This document shows, piece by piece, positions 62,086-64,000 of a DNA stretch of 64,000 nt. Numbering within the stretch: position 1 is the stretch's first letter; the number at the start of each line of letters is the position of its first letter. The translations under genes were made by a program, and so were the position numbers. The DNA comes from the human T2T-CHM13v2.0 reference genome, Homo sapiens: the NCBI RefSeq assembly GCF_009914755.1, contig NC_060925.1; one strand, written 5' to 3'. Under the pieces are notes generated by a model, which saw only the letters and a program-made list of their open reading frames with translations, ran no database searches and was not told the origin of the DNA.

Positions 62086-64000
62086 TGTTCCCCCAGGGAA
62101 CTCATTCTGAGATCATCTTCTCACTGCACTGGGAACAGATAATCTAGATTCAGATCCTCTTCCATTAGCTTGCCGAGGGTGTTTAGGCGAGTCTTTTTAA
62201 CATCTCCAAACCTCAGTCCTTTCTCTGTCTCATGGAGATAAAGTGTACACATCCTGGCTACTCAGGGTCTTTACGAGGCTCCAGTTGACATTAACAAAAG
62301 GGGAAGGCATTAGGCAACATCAGGTGTTACAATGAGCATGTAATCACAGGGAGGGGGCAGAGAGCAAGCACTTGAGTGTGAGACTAATCTCGTTTTGAAT
62401 GCTGGCTCCAGCATGCGTTTGCCTGCGACCTTGGCAAGGTCACTTAACCTCCCCACATCTCAGCTCTCTTTGCTGTGAAATTACTGCTCTTCTTGGGTAG
62501 GTGTGAGGAACAGAGGTAGTGTGAAGTGTAGGCATTCAGCTAATAACTACTATGACCCAACCCTCCGGGGCCATGACAGTGCACTGCTCCAGGGACACAA
62601 TCACGTTGTTTGAAACGTGAACAGCAGCCTCTGTTATAGTGCAATATGCCAGCTCCACAGCCTTCCTGATGTTGGCTTCCAAGGGAGAGAATGGACAGGG
62701 TGATGTGAGAGTGAGGCTAAAGTGAGGCGGGAGAAGAATCCAAATGATGCTCAGGACCACCCTCCAATGCTCCTCCCCTGCTGCCCACCTCCTGCCCCAC
62801 TCACGCGTGCCAGTGCTGCAGCACCAATTTCAGACCCAAGCCTCAGGATGAGGACAGAGGCACATAGACAGTCCTGCTCACTCCCTCATCACCTCTCCCT
62901 GCACATCCCCCCCATAGTGGCTGAGACCAATCCCAGGCACTCATCTGTGGACATCCAGCAAGAGCCAGGGCTCTGGTTGGGTGGGGTGATGTCCAGAGGC
63001 TGAGCCATTCCAAGGGAGCTGCCACTGCCCAGCTGCCCCTCCAGGTGGAGGCTTCCCCAGACTCAGCACCCACTGCAGCCCTGGATTGATTGTCTTCAGA
63101 CCCTGTTCCCATTATGTCCAGTTCTGCTGGGTTAGAAACAAGCATGGCTGCAGCAGAGTGGTCCTTCCGCTGCTCCCTCTGCTGGAGCAGGGTGAGGACA
63201 GTGAGGGAGGAGCCTTGTTTACAAGGAGCTCTGAACCGCAGCTCTGAGCCACTTTTTTGCCCCAACCCCCAGGGTGGGGTGAGTGGGTGAGAAGAAGAGA
63301 CATCAAATGTGCGAGGTGCTATAATGCGGGATCAAGCCTCATTCTGCTGAAAAAAAGACTCAAACCCCAGAGGTTCTCCAAATAGGTCTTAGGATGAGAG
63401 TGGCCAAAGAGAATAGCCTTCCTAACCCTAGGATGGGTGGGGCTGACAATTGTTACCCAAAGCCCCAGGGGAGCGGCCAGAACTAGTGACTTGAGAACTT
63501 GAGGAGCTCCTACCTGAGCCCCAGGAGAAGCTTGTCCCTCAGTGGGAGGGAGAAAATTCTCAGAGGAACCGTGCATGGCCAGCCTGGGCGCATAGCTTCT
63601 AGCTTTCTCTCTCCTCTCCTACTCTGCCCTTCCACCAGTTCAGAGCCACTGGGCATGGTGCTGGGGCCTCACAGGAGGACAGAGCAGCTTGGACTCCTCT
63701 CCCTGTTCCTGGGGGCACCATCCAGCTCCCAAAAATAGCATGCAGACATGCAGGATGGAGGAGGGCTTTCAGCCAGCCCAGAGGACACCACCATGCCAGT
63801 GGCTCAAAGGCAGGACCTGATGCAGGGGAAAGAGGTGGGCTGAGACTGGGGGCTGCAGAATGGGAGAGAGTCAAGAACCTGGCAGGGCAAGGAACCAGAA
63901 TGTCCTGAAACACCTGTGTCCTCACACCCAAGTCCCACCCACTTCCACAGGCAGCTTTCTAGCCTAATGCATTCATAGCCAACACGTGTTGGAAGCCTAA

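Overview
Human-type genomic DNA containing two convergent (tail-to-tail) genes separated by about 26 kb of repeat-rich sequence. On the + strand is the 3' part of PKP1 (plakophilin-1): coding exons 3-14 including the 63-nt PKP1b-specific exon 7, a 3'UTR intron, a ~2.9-kb terminal exon 15 and AATAAA at 20789. On the - strand are all coding exons (2-17) of TNNT2 (cardiac troponin T; 897-nt CDS = 298 aa + stop); its non-coding exon 1 and promoter lie beyond the right edge. All splice junctions were read directly as GT-AG and the frames join without disruption. Repeats include Alu/FLAM, MIR, L1, L2, L3/CR1, hAT (MER5, MER1B) and mariner (MADE2) elements and microsatellites. Nearly all listed ORFs outside exons are spurious. 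I found no evidence of a new gene system. The most unusual unexplained structures are: a recent 152-bp non-tandem duplication of an L2 segment carrying adjacent TGACGTGA and CCAAT motifs; a 251-nt AG-free pyrimidine tract before PKP1 exon 8; a 65-67-bp element repeated downstream of PKP1 exons 10 and 13; a 78-bp hairpin next to an Alu; and two structurally anomalous Alu insertions. Repeat subfamily names come from recalled consensus similarity, not a database search, and repeat boundaries are approximate.
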